From assembly GCA_041937175.2 (NCBI GenBank), contig CP166615.1, forward strand, positions 1,632,001-1,696,000: DNA of 64,000 nucleotides. The letters run 5' to 3'. Both the position numbers and the translations under genes were made by a program. Positions within the stretch are counted from its first letter, which is position 1; every line of letters starts with the position of its first letter. This document shows, piece by piece, positions 48,906 through 58,534 of the stretch. This DNA comes from Limnothrix sp. BL-A-16 (GTDB lineage: Bacteria; Cyanobacteriota; Cyanobacteriia; CACIAM-69d). The notes under the pieces are model-generated. The model searched no databases. It saw only the letters and a list, made by a program, of their open reading frames with translations, and was not told where the DNA came from.

Positions 48906-51368
48906 TCATAGCAAATTCATACTCAATAATGACTGTAGTTGCTCATAATCATAATCATGCAAAATACGATTCAGTTGAGCAATGATTAATGCCTCTTCTG
49001 GGGGCAGCTTATGAATCAAATATTCCAGTTCAAAAAAGTCCGCTTCTTGGGCTGCTTTCAGCATTTGCTTACGCCAAAGTTCTGGCAAATTTCGTAATTT
49101 TTGACTCACACGATCCGTTAGTTCAGGGCTGCCCACGGGCGATCGCCCGCTGAAACTGCTGCTGATCTCGCTTTCCAGACCGGTGGATAAGTTGGCATAT
49201 AGATAGCGAACCTGGAGATGATGGGCGATCGCATCTAGAATCGTTTGTTCTCGGAAGGGCTTGCGTACAAATCCATCAAAGCCTGCAGACAAAACCCGTT
49301 GCTCATCTTCCTGGAACGCACTGGCTGTCAGGGCCAAAATCGCTACAAACTGTTGTTTTGACTGGGCTAGCTGCTTAATCTGTCTCATGGCCGAAATGCC
49401 ATCAAGCTGAGGCATTCGTAAATCCATCCAAATCAGGTGAGGCTGCCATTTAGACCACTCCTCGATCGCCTGGTAGCCATCATGAACCTCCCGTACTTCA
49501 AACCCTATGCGCTTGAGCAATTGACTCAAAAGGGTGCAATTTTCCGGGCGATCGTCAGCAATCAAAATGCGGGGAATTGGGGAATCGGGCGCTAACCCAA
49601 TAATTTGCCGGGGATCGGGGTTGGTGCTGTTGGGTTCTCCGATAGGCGCACGGATCCAAAAATGAAAAGCAGTTCCCTGATTGGGCTGGCTTCTGACCGT
49701 AATTTCGCCCCCCATGAGTTGTATAAAAGAGCGACTGAGGGCTAAGCCCAATCCGGTTCCCACGCGGCTCGATCGCCCCGATGCAGTTTGCTCAAAAGAC
49801 TGAAATAACTTGGGTAACTCAGCCGGTTCAATGCCCACCCCGGAATCAATAACCTCCACCATCAGGCGATCGGGCGGGGCATATCGCACTTGCACCGAAA
49901 TGCCCCCTTCCGGCGTGAACTTAATAGCATTGCCTAATAGATTGACCAACACTTGACGCAATTTTCCATCATCCATCACCAGATAGGCAGGCAAGGCTGA
50001 ATCCAGTTCAAAATCGAGGCGCAAGCCCTTTTGATGGGCAGCTAACTCGAACATAGCCACGATTTCTTTAAAGAGCGATCGCACCTCGATCGACTGTGTA
50101 ATTAACTCCGCCTTGCCCGCCTCAATTTTGGCCATCGATAGAAAATTATCAATGAGCCTTAATAGATGCTCACCGCTCATTTGAATTACGGCTAGATTCG
50201 TTTTTTGTTCCTCAGTTAAGCCCACATCACGCTTCATCAGTTGCGAAAATCCAATGACAGCATTCAGCGGCGTTCGCAACTCGTGACTCATATTCGATAA
50301 AAACTCACTCTTAGCCTGATTAGCTAATTCCGCCTGGTGCTTGGCTACTTCGGCCTGCTGTTTTTGGCGGGCTAATTTTTGCTCTGCCAATTGCCGTTGG
50401 GATCGCATGGCCACAAACTCAGTTGCCAGTTGGCCAATTTCACCATTCGCCCTAACCTTGATCGCGCGGTCTAAATTACCTTGCTTCATCAAACGAACGG
50501 CTTCTGTTAATTGCTCCAAAGGCTGAGCGATCGTATTTCCCAAAAAATAACCCATCATGCCAATGGGAAGCGTTGTGACCAAAAAAGCCAACAGAAAACT
50601 AACTCGCACACTTTGTTCATAGGCCAGGAAGCTATCATCTACTTCCGAGTCATTTTCAAATACAATGAAGCCAATGGTTTGATCCTTCAATTGCAGCTCA
50701 GAAATGCGCTGCGACCATGCCTGAGACCACCAACGTTGCAGGCCAAAAAACGGGACACGATCGCCCCGTGCGGCCCGCTCAGGGGGCAGGATATAGTTGC
50801 CTTCTGAGTCCACCACGGAAAACAGCGGTCGGCCGGGGAGCCAGGCTCGCTGATTGGTTCTGGGTTGTCCTGGTTTGGGGGGCAAGAACAGGCCAGGAAT
50901 CGTTGCTGAATCTTCTGGCAACTCCGGGAAATTCGGCGGCAAAGCGGCTTCCGAATTGCACGATGATGCATTCAAGCTGCCCTGAGCCATGGGAGGCGGG
51001 GAAGGCCGCCCAAACATCACCAGGGGGCCTAACCAGGCTTTGAGCCGCTGAAGCCAGCTTTCAACAGGACAATCGATCGGGCGGGGATCCCTAGGCAGGT
51101 CAGCGCTGTGACTACGGGCTAGTTCTGCCCGCCGGCGCTGGATGAAGTGGCCTAAATCTTCCCGCTGCTTGGCCGCATCCCAAGATCCAGCCGATTGGTA
51201 ATAGGCCAACACATGCGATCGATACTTTTCCTGGTGTCCCTGCACGGTGGCCGGCGAAAAGGAAGCCCGCATCATTTCCAGGGTTAAGTGACCGACCAGC
51301 GCCGCCCCCAGCCAGCCACTAGCCATCACAGCCAGGACAATTTTGGTGCGCAGGGGCAAAAACTTCAT
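48906..51368 (-). CDS. Membrane hybrid histidine kinase (TM-sensor-TM-HAMP-HisKA-HATPase-REC)
   Basis: HAMP PLEQL...[48 protein letters not shown] / WMDLRMP / KPF. Confidence 0.93.
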   Translation of the reverse strand: MKFLPLRTKIVLAVMASGWLGAALVGHLTLEMMRASFSPATVQGHQEKYRSHVLAYYQSAGSWDAAKQREDLGHFIQRRRAELARSHSADLPRDPRPIDCPVESWLQRLKAWLGPLVMFGRPSPPPMAQGSLNASSCNSEAALPPNFPELPEDSATIPGLFLPPKPGQPRTNQRAWLPGRPLFSVVDSEGNYILPPERAARGDRVPFFGLQRWWSQAWSQRISELQLKDQTIGFIVFENDSEVDDSFLAYEQSVRVSFLLAFLVTTLPIGMMGYFLGNTIAQPLEQLTEAVRLMKQGNLDRAIKVRANGEIGQLATEFVAMRSQRQLAEQKLARQKQQAEVAKHQAELANQAKSEFLSNMSHELRTPLNAVIGFSQLMKRDVGLTEEQKTNLAVIQMSGEHLLRLIDNFLSMAKIEAGKAELITQSIEVRSLFKEIVAMFELAAHQKGLRLDFELDSALPAYLVMDDGKLRQVLVNLLGNAIKFTPEGGISVQVRYAPPDRLMVEVIDSGVGIEPAELPKLFQSFEQTASGRSSRVGTGLGLALSRSFIQLMGGEITVRSQPNQGTAFHFWIRAPIGEPNSTNPDPRQIIGLAPDSPIPRILIADDRPENCTLLSQLLKRIGFEVREVHDGYQAIEEWSKWQPHLIWMDLRMPQLDGISAMRQIKQLAQSKQQFVAILALTASAFQEDEQRVLSAGFDGFVRKPFREQTILDAIAHHLQVRYLYANLSTGLESEISSSFSGRSPVGSPELTDRVSQKLRNLPELWRKQMLKAAQEADFFELEYLIHKLPPEEALIIAQLNRILHDYDYEQLQSLLSMNLL

Positions 51369-51488
51369 GGGCAAATTAGGGGCTGAAGACCCTTGCTTCT
51401 CACTAGTTCAGTCCAGGATCAAAGTCCACGATCGCACGCCACGATCGTCAGAGGGTAGGCTTGGGGATCAAGAGATCAACTGCACAAC

Positions 51489-52157
51489 CTATCCCTTGGC
51501 GCGGCGGCGATGCTTGCGGGCAGCCCGCTCCACCTGATCTTGCTCGTAGTCAATTAGTCGGCCAAAGTAGGGATGTTGTCCCAAGTCGAGCGACATGTAA
51601 ACGTGGCGGCGCACATTGTCAAAGCCCTTGCGGGTAAAGAACTTCACCGCCGGTTCATTGGCGGGATCCGTGTCAATGAATAGGCTGCGGGCCCCTTGGT
51701 GGATCGTGCGCTCCACGAATCGATCGACCAAGGAGTCGGCCACGCCCCGGCGCTGGAATCGGTGATCAACCCCTAGCCAATTGATGTAGCCGTAGGTCAC
51801 CTGCTTCTCAATCACCGTCCCCAACACAAACCCCGCAAACTCGCCCTCCACTTCCGCAATCAGGCAATATTCCGGATCCGTGTTGTAGAGGCCCGTGACC
51901 TCCCACTCATCCCAAGTGCGGTAAAGCGTGGGATACAACTCATTTTGGAAAAGCTGCTCGCCCAGGTGAAAGACCGGAGCGAGATCATCGATCGTCATGT
52001 CGCGAGTAACCACCGCATTGGCCGGGGCCGGCTTGGCGGCCGCAGATTCCGCAGGGGGTGAAGACTCAGACCCGAGACCAGCGTTAGCCCCAGCCTGCAA
52101 TTCGGACGGCTGAGAAGATAGATGAGGCGGATGAGAAGGTGATGCGTCAGTGGTCAC
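51489..52157 (-). CDS. GNAT family N-acetyltransferase
   Basis: WLGVDHRFQRRGVA acetyl-CoA motif, DTDPANEPAVKFFTRKGF; start uncertain. Confidence 0.88.
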   Translation of the reverse strand: MTTDASPSHPPHLSSQPSELQAGANAGLGSESSPPAESAAAKPAPANAVVTRDMTIDDLAPVFHLGEQLFQNELYPTLYRTWDEWEVTGLYNTDPEYCLIAEVEGEFAGFVLGTVIEKQVTYGYINWLGVDHRFQRRGVADSLVDRFVERTIHQGARSLFIDTDPANEPAVKFFTRKGFDNVRRHVYMSLDLGQHPYFGRLIDYEQDQVERAARKHRRRAKG

Positions 52158-52245
52158 AGTAAACCTTAGGGCTGGTTGAACAACACCAAAACCAGCCCGC
52201 GATCGCCATTTTATGCGATCGTCATTTGTCCAGGATCAATGGGAA

Positions 52246-52319
52246 CGGATGCGGAGGGACTCGAACCCCCGACCCTCAGAACCGGAATCTGATGCTCTAT
52301 CCAACTGAGCTACGCATCC
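52246..52319 (-). tRNA. trnR: tRNA-Arg(CCG)
   Basis: Minus strand GGATGCG-TAGCTCAGTTGGATAGAGC-A-TCAGA-TT-CCG-GT-TCTGA...GGTTCGAGTCC...CGCATCC-G; 74 nt. Confidence 0.97.
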
Positions 52320-52492
52320 AGGGTCGGCTACGCCAGCGGCCGCACAAGCGCCACTCAACATCGCTTGGCTATATTACCACTTCTGCCAGCGATCGCCCCT
52401 CTCATTTTAAAATTTTAGGGTTGTAAAAATGGTTTGATATTCGCCAACCCCATCACAACCAACCATTACACCCAACTAAGGAGAAGCTCGCT

Positions 52493-53791
52493 GTGGTTGC
52501 CACTGCCCTTAACACCACCCGTTCAGAAGAAATTTTTGCCGCTGCCCAAGCGCTGATGCCCGGCGGCGTGAACTCGCCCGTGCGCGCCTTCAAGTCCGTA
52601 GGTGGTCAGCCGATCGTGTTCGATCGCGTCCAAGGAGCCTATGCCTGGGATGTGGACAACAACCGCTACATCGACTACGTGGGCACTTGGGGCCCTGCCA
52701 TTTGTGGCCATGCCCATCCCGAAGTGTTGGAAGCCCTGAAAGCCGCGATCGACAAAGGAACCAGCTTCGGCGCGCCCTGCTACCTAGAAAACGTGCTGGC
52801 CCAGATGGTGATCGATGCCGTCCCCAGCATTGAAATGGTGCGCTTCGTCAACTCCGGCACCGAAGCCTGCATCGCCGTCCAGCGCCTGATGCGCGCCTAC
52901 ACCGGCCGCACCAAACTGCTGAAGTTTGAAGGCTGCTACCACGGCCACGGCGATATGTTCTTGGTCAAGGCCGGCTCTGGCGTGGCTACCCTCGGCTTGC
53001 CCGACTCCCCCGGCGTGCCGAAAACCGTCACCGCCGACACCCTGACCGCCCCCTACAACGACCTGGAAGCGGTCAAGGCCCTGTTCGCGGAATATCCCGG
53101 TGAAATCGCGGGTGTGATCCTGGAGCCGATCGTGGGTAACGCGGGCTTCATCGTCCCCGAACCCGGCTTCCTGGCGGGCCTGCGCGAAATCACCAAGGAA
53201 GACGGGGCGTTGTTGGTGTTCGACGAAGTGATGACCGGCTTCCGGATTGCCTACGGTGGCGTGCAAGAAAAATTCGGCATTACCCCCGACCTGACCACCC
53301 TCGGCAAGGTGATCGGTGGCGGGTTGCCCGTGGGTGCTTACGGTGGCCGCCGCGAAATCATGCAAATGGTCGCACCCGCTGGCCCCATGTACCAAGCGGG
53401 AACCCTGTCGGGCAACCCCCTGGCCATGACCGCCGGGATCAAAACCCTGGAGCTGTTGCGTCGTCCCGGCAGCTACGAATATCTCGATCAAATCACCGGC
53501 AAGCTGATTAACGGTTTGCTGGAAATTGCCCGAGAAGCGGGTCACGAAGTCTGCGGTGGCCACATCAGCGGCATGTTCGGCATGTTCTTCACGGCGGGCC
53601 CCGTGCGCAACTACGAAGAAGCCAAGGCCGCTGACCTGACCAAGTTCAGCCGTTTCCACCGGGGCATGTTGGAGCGGGGCGTGTACCTGGCTCCCTCGCA
53701 GTTTGAGGCGGGCTTCACGTCGTTGGCCCACACCGACGAGGACATTGAGGCGACTTTGGCCGCGGCCCGCGAGGTACTGTCGAGCCTGTAA
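52493..53791 (+). CDS. hemL: Glutamate-1-semialdehyde 2,1-aminomutase
   Basis: [46 protein letters not shown] and [10 protein letters not shown] motifs. Confidence 0.98.
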   Translation: MVATALNTTRSEEIFAAAQALMPGGVNSPVRAFKSVGGQPIVFDRVQGAYAWDVDNNRYIDYVGTWGPAICGHAHPEVLEALKAAIDKGTSFGAPCYLENVLAQMVIDAVPSIEMVRFVNSGTEACIAVQRLMRAYTGRTKLLKFEGCYHGHGDMFLVKAGSGVATLGLPDSPGVPKTVTADTLTAPYNDLEAVKALFAEYPGEIAGVILEPIVGNAGFIVPEPGFLAGLREITKEDGALLVFDEVMTGFRIAYGGVQEKFGITPDLTTLGKVIGGGLPVGAYGGRREIMQMVAPAGPMYQAGTLSGNPLAMTAGIKTLELLRRPGSYEYLDQITGKLINGLLEIAREAGHEVCGGHISGMFGMFFTAGPVRNYEEAKAADLTKFSRFHRGMLERGVYLAPSQFEAGFTSLAHTDEDIEATLAAAREVLSSL

Positions 53792-53876
53792 TCGCCAACT
53801 GCGCTGAATGACTCAGTTTATGAACGGGGACAGGTTTTGGATCTGTTCCCTCGCTGAGTTTCATCAAACAGCAACC

Positions 53877-53910
53877 CAAGTCCGACAAGCCAGCAACTGT
53901 AACTCCGACA
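53877..53910 (+). promoter_or_regulatory. Two direct-repeat boxes (YAASTCCRACA) upstream of the small membrane ORF
   Basis: CAAGTCCGACA at 53877-53887 and TAACTCCGACA at 53900-53910. Confidence 0.65.
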
Positions 53911-53952
53911 AGGGCCGAGTTTGATAGAGATATCGAGTTCGGAGGACAGCCC

Positions 53953-54120
53953 ATGGAAACCCTCGAAGACATCAAGTTGTTGTTGGAGGTGACGGCGGCT
54001 TTGGCGGCGTTGTCGCAAACCTTTCCGGTGGCGGCAATGTTGGCTGGTTCGGCGGCGATCGCCTGGTTGGTGTTTCCTGGCTTGAAGCGATCGCGTGACA
54101 AGAAGTGTGACAAGAAGTAG
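53953..54120 (+). CDS. 55-aa hydrophobic membrane peptide (not in the ORF track)
   Basis: GGAGG RBS 7 nt before ATG; METLEDIKLLLEVTAALAALSQTFPVAAMLAGSAAIAWLVFPGLKRSRDKKCDKK*. Confidence 0.65.
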   Translation: METLEDIKLLLEVTAALAALSQTFPVAAMLAGSAAIAWLVFPGLKRSRDKKCDKK

Positions 54121-54158
54121 GGGCGATCGAGGGCGTGGAGGCTCACCACTCTGCGCCC

Positions 54159-54578
54159 TCAATTCGTTTGGCGCAACAGGGCAACAAAACCGGCTTGTTC
54201 AAAGTGGCGATCGTGGGCGAGGGCTTCGCGAATTTGCCGATCGCCCATCACGCAAAAGGAGATGCAGTCGGTGTGGCTCCAATTGGAATCGGGGCGATCT
54301 CGATAGAGCTTCAGGGCGCGATCTAGCAACCTCAGTTCAGGTAAAACAATTTCAACTCTGGATGAATTTTGAAGGGTTTCGATTGTTTGTAGGGCAAGCT
54401 GTCTTGTGAATTGACCTCGTTTGGCAGCGCCATTGAGTAATTCATTCAGAACAAAGTGTGTCGTAATCAACTTGTGGTTTGCAGTTTTTGTGGCCCAAGC
54501 GATCGCTTGCCCGTGTAGTGCATCATTGGGACTGATCAAGGCGACTAAATAGCCTGTGTCAATGAATAGGAGATTCAT
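54159..54578 (-). CDS. vapC: PIN-domain (VapC) toxin
   Basis: Acidic tetrad FIDTG / LNELL / HTDCIS / AHDRHFEQAGF; ATGA overlap with the upstream antitoxin. Confidence 0.9.
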   Translation of the reverse strand: MNLLFIDTGYLVALISPNDALHGQAIAWATKTANHKLITTHFVLNELLNGAAKRGQFTRQLALQTIETLQNSSRVEIVLPELRLLDRALKLYRDRPDSNWSHTDCISFCVMGDRQIREALAHDRHFEQAGFVALLRQTN

Positions 54579-54856
54579 TCTTCAACCTTGGGAGCACCGT
54601 AGAGATAGTGATCCAGGTTGATGGAAAAGTCGGGTGGTAAATCTTTCCAGGCTTCTTCGGGTATGTCTTGGGTCGCCATTTCTGCGAGCTTGAGCAAAAC
54701 ATTAGACTCATCAGCAGTGGCATCGCTGGTTGTGAGCGATCGACCAGTAATGTTTAGGAAGCGATTTTTCAGGAATAGGGCAAAGTCAAGAAGTTGTTTA
54801 ATGATCGCGTCAGGCAGTTGATCAATGACGAGAAGAAGTTGCTCTTTATCAGTCAT
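54575..54856 (-). CDS. Cognate antitoxin
   Basis: MTDKEQLLLVIDQLPD..IKQLLDFALFLK...WKDLPPDFSINLDHYLYGAPK; translationally coupled to vapC. Confidence 0.8.
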   Translation of the reverse strand: MTDKEQLLLVIDQLPDAIIKQLLDFALFLKNRFLNITGRSLTTSDATADESNVLLKLAEMATQDIPEEAWKDLPPDFSINLDHYLYGAPKVEE

Positions 54857-54869
54857 GGTGGTTGGCCTG

Positions 54870-57230
54870 CTAGGGTTGGTAGAAGGCTTTGTTGGTGCGA
54901 TCGATCTGGCGTGGGGCATCGAACGATCGATAGAGTTCTTGGGCGCGATCAAGAGATTCTTGAGCCTTGACCGAGTTGCCCATATCCCGATAGGTCAATG
55001 CTTGGAAAAAGTAAGCTTCCGCTAAATCACAGATGGCAGAAATCTTATCAAGGGTCTGAATTGCAGTTTGTTGATAATCCAGGGAGTGATCATAATCTTT
55101 ATCTCGATACAGTTCTCCCAAAATAGATTGAGCTTTAGCTTGCCCTTGAAAGAACGATGACTCTGATGCAAAAAACAAAGCTTCTTCTAATAAGGTGAGA
55201 CTCTGGGATTTGTCTTTTAAATTCAGCATGGCTCGACCCGAAAAGATCAAAAAATATACTCTTCCCCATACAGTTGAATCAGATTTATGTAAATCAAATA
55301 ATTTTCTGGAATCATCTAGTAGATATTTTATTTCTTTGATTTCTGCCTTTGCTATTGATTTGGAAATTTCTTCTTCCGATCTTATCATTGCCTCCATTGC
55401 TTGAAGAAGAGGCTGATAAACATCAGTTGAGGGTGGTTGTGATTCTTCTATGGCTAAGTCAAGGTTTTGAAGACATTTTCTCAAGTCCCACAAATCAAAA
55501 TAGCAATTTACCAAGTTGATATAAGCACAGATTTTGAGTCGAACTTGATTGGGGGTTAACAAACTAGATTCACAAGAAGTGATACAAGCAAGAGATTTAG
55601 AGTGAAATTGAATACCCTTTATAGGGTCGCCAGACATCCAAAAAGAGTCACCAATCAAGTTGTAGAGGTGATATATCATGGGGTGATCTGGGAGAATCGC
55701 TGCCAGATTCTGGCATGTCTCGCAAACTTCCGTAAATAAACCTAGCCTCCATAGATCAGAGCCGAGACTCTGATCCTTACCCCAAATATTTTTTCGTTTT
55801 TTGATTATTGTTTCTAATGCCAACTCATATTCACTGGCAATGTAGTAGTGATAATAAGCTTCAAGGGCAGATCTGGCATCGACAATATCTAGAATTTGTC
55901 CAACGAATTGATCCCAATATTCAGCTGCCTTCGTATGGACTTGATGCCATTGACTAGTATCTACTTCTAAGCGATTTCTGGCTTCAGCTTGAATGACAGG
56001 ATGCAACCAAAATTCCTGAGAAGATGATTCGATCAGTTTTCTTTGTTTCAGGAAGATAATTAGTTTATACTTATGGGAGTCTTCAACATCCCACATCATA
56101 ACAAGCAAAGCTTCGGCGGGAACTTTAGGTACGTCCTGATAGCGATAGCATCCCATTCGACAGAGCAATTTGTAAGCTAGAGAATTGACCTTTTCTAGCC
56201 GATCAAATTGCCCAGCGATTAGAGATTTTAATTCTGGGTTTGCCAACAAATCATTGCGGTAAATTTCCCAGAAACCTGTTAGATTCCCAGAAAAATCAGT
56301 AATAATCTCACCGCATAAACTGCTCATGGCTTTGGCATTTCCACCGTAGGCTTTGTGCATTTCTGCTAAGACAGTTTCATCGATCGCCACTTGCTGCCCC
56401 AAGAAATAAGCCCGCCAAGTTTCCAGATCCAAACCTGAGAGCGAATATTCGGTGATGCCACATTCATAAACCCGGCTACGACTGGTCAGAACCGTAAACG
56501 ATCGCACCGAAGGCTCTGTTAAAACCTCCAACAGATCCACATAGTTACGATGCTCAGGAATGAGCTTGCCAACTTCATCCAAAGCCGGTTCTAGATTGTC
56601 AATTAAAATCCCCACTTGCTTGTCTTGGAGCTGGCGGCGCAATCGCAACAAAGACGTGCCAAAATCGCGTCCCGCGTTTTGTTGAAACTCATTCACCAGC
56701 CAATCTTCAACCACACTCTCAGCAGGCGTAATATTCTTGGTTTCCTTCGCCATCGACAACTCAAGCACCTGCTCAAACCGCGATCGCAAAAAATTCCGCG
56801 CCAGCGTGGTTTTGCCCACACCGCCCACACCCTGAATCACGATCGCCCGATGTTGCGCCGCCAACCGATCGAGATCCGCTAGCGCCTGCTCCCGCCCCAA
56901 AAAATTGAGATTCAACCGATCGCCCGACATTGCCAATAACCGTCCCGCACCAACAAGCTCCGTTGATGCCACTGAGATTGAATTTGTGTTGGCTGGCGGC
57001 TGGGGATCAGCTCCCGTGTCAATCAGCTCGCGCCAGTCCAAGGCCAGTCGATCGCAAATTTCGCTAAATATTGATCGATCAACCGACCCACCATTGAAAA
57101 ATTTTGAGATCGTACTGCGGTGAATCAACAGATCTTCCGACAACGCCTGGTGACTGGGATAGCCACTGCGCGTAAAAGCTCGCTTGACCAATTCCCGCTT
57201 ATTTTCCGCAACGCAGAGCGATCGACCCAT
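54870..57230 (-). CDS. STAND NTPase: XRE-like HTH + NB-ARC/NACHT-like ATPase + TPR
   Basis: N-terminal HTH (SHQALSEDLLIHRSTISKFFNGGSVD...EICDRLALDW), FLGRE, Walker A GVGGVGKTT, Walker B ILIDNLE, LTSR, GGNAKA, LHPVI and C-terminal TPR helices. Confidence 0.88.
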   Translation of the reverse strand: MGRSLCVAENKRELVKRAFTRSGYPSHQALSEDLLIHRSTISKFFNGGSVDRSIFSEICDRLALDWRELIDTGADPQPPANTNSISVASTELVGAGRLLAMSGDRLNLNFLGREQALADLDRLAAQHRAIVIQGVGGVGKTTLARNFLRSRFEQVLELSMAKETKNITPAESVVEDWLVNEFQQNAGRDFGTSLLRLRRQLQDKQVGILIDNLEPALDEVGKLIPEHRNYVDLLEVLTEPSVRSFTVLTSRSRVYECGITEYSLSGLDLETWRAYFLGQQVAIDETVLAEMHKAYGGNAKAMSSLCGEIITDFSGNLTGFWEIYRNDLLANPELKSLIAGQFDRLEKVNSLAYKLLCRMGCYRYQDVPKVPAEALLVMMWDVEDSHKYKLIIFLKQRKLIESSSQEFWLHPVIQAEARNRLEVDTSQWHQVHTKAAEYWDQFVGQILDIVDARSALEAYYHYYIASEYELALETIIKKRKNIWGKDQSLGSDLWRLGLFTEVCETCQNLAAILPDHPMIYHLYNLIGDSFWMSGDPIKGIQFHSKSLACITSCESSLLTPNQVRLKICAYINLVNCYFDLWDLRKCLQNLDLAIEESQPPSTDVYQPLLQAMEAMIRSEEEISKSIAKAEIKEIKYLLDDSRKLFDLHKSDSTVWGRVYFLIFSGRAMLNLKDKSQSLTLLEEALFFASESSFFQGQAKAQSILGELYRDKDYDHSLDYQQTAIQTLDKISAICDLAEAYFFQALTYRDMGNSVKAQESLDRAQELYRSFDAPRQIDRTNKAFYQP

Positions 57231-57345
57231 AGGACGCAGCACAGTAGGGAGAGCAGTTGCCTCATTATAAAAGGCGAAACCTTAGCCCTTCTCAGTGTTG
57301 GCGGCGATCGCTGGGTGACGAGTCACGCCACCCAGCGCCCCAGTC

Positions 57346-57606
57346 CTAGCCCACACGCACCACCAACTGATTACCGTTGTCGTAGCCCACAACCTCCAGG
57401 CGATCGCCCTCTTTGAGCTGCAACCCGTCCCCATTGGCGATCGACCAATAGGACGACTGAAACCACACCCGCCAACCCCCAGTCACCGAGCTGCGATATT
57501 TGACGATCGCCGTCCCGATCGCCGCCGCCTTGCGATCGCCATAGCGCCGCACTTGTTGACTGGCTTGCACACCCACCGCAGACGACCACAACAGTCCCAT
57601 CGACAT
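57346..57606 (-). CDS. Short NfeD-like OB-fold protein
   Basis: WRVWFQSSYWS...LKEGDRLEVVGYDNGNQLVV resembles the NfeD C-terminal beta-barrel; no long TM region. Confidence 0.7.
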   Translation of the reverse strand: MSMGLLWSSAVGVQASQQVRRYGDRKAAAIGTAIVKYRSSVTGGWRVWFQSSYWSIANGDGLQLKEGDRLEVVGYDNGNQLVVRVG

Positions 57607-57673
57607 GACCTTGACCTCTCACAACTCTCTAAACAGCGGTGTTTGAACCGATGAATTTAGTTTGAGCGACGGC

Positions 57674-57750
57674 TGTTGGAGTTACGGATGGTACTGCGTG
57701 GGTGGCTGTCGGACTTGCTGAGGCAATTTGTCGGACTTGTGTTGAAGTTG
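57674..57750 (-). promoter_or_regulatory. Four 11-bp-phased boxes (YAASTYCRACA) upstream of nfeD-like/STAND genes
   Basis: Plus strand TGTTGGAGTTA at 57674, TGTCGGACTTG at 57707 and 57729, TGTTGAAGTTG at 57740 (offsets 33, 22, 11). Confidence 0.7.
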
Positions 57751-57891
57751 TGGGCGATCGCCCGCAGAAACATTTTGGCAGTGACCCTCGAAGATTATCG
57801 TACTAAAATCAAGTGACGGTTGCTGTAACCGTCGTTGTTACAGCCGCTGTTGCGGCCGTTCAAATAGTCTCTGATGGAGGAGGCGCGATCG

Positions 57892-58323
57892 ATGAAAGGT
57901 CACTGTCTGTGTGGGGCGATCGCCATTGAAGTTCCCGACAGAACCACCGTGGAGGCTTGTCACTGTGGGATGTGTCGTCGATGGAGTGGTGGCCCAGCGT
58001 TGGGGATTGCTTGCGGTTCCGATGTGCAAATCGAAGGAAGCGAGAAACTGAAGGTTTACCGATCGTCAGACTGGGCCGAGCGAGCATTTTGCGGTGAATG
58101 CGGCACTCATTTGTTTTATCGGCTGGTTCCTACTCAGGACTATTTTGTGCCAGCGGGATTATTTGCCGATGACCAGCCTTTTGAATTCACTGAGCAAATC
58201 TTTGTCGATCGCAAGCCCCATTACTATGACTTTGCGAATCAGACGGTGAACCTGACGGAGGCGGAAGTGTTTGCTAAGTTTGCCGCGATCGCCCCTGACT
58301 CCTCGGAAGGGGAACCCGCATAG
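57892..58323 (+). CDS. GFA/CENP-V family Zn protein
   Basis: GHCLCGAI, CHCGMCRRW and RAFCGECGTHL motifs; GGAGGAGG RBS. Confidence 0.92.
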   Translation: MKGHCLCGAIAIEVPDRTTVEACHCGMCRRWSGGPALGIACGSDVQIEGSEKLKVYRSSDWAERAFCGECGTHLFYRLVPTQDYFVPAGLFADDQPFEFTEQIFVDRKPHYYDFANQTVNLTEAEVFAKFAAIAPDSSEGEPA

Positions 58324-58534
58324 TTCCGAATTAATTTGCTGAGTTGAAATGCCCCATGATTTTGAGTTTCCAACTCGATCAGGGCATTGCAGTTTTGACT
58401 GTGAATCATGAAAAACACTGGCAGGGCGATCGATTATTTTCGATCAACTTGCCAGTGTTTTTGATGGACTGGTTGTCTATGGATTGCCCCAAAAGCCCAT
58501 CAACGTTGATTTCTGGGTTGCAAAAATGCAGTTC

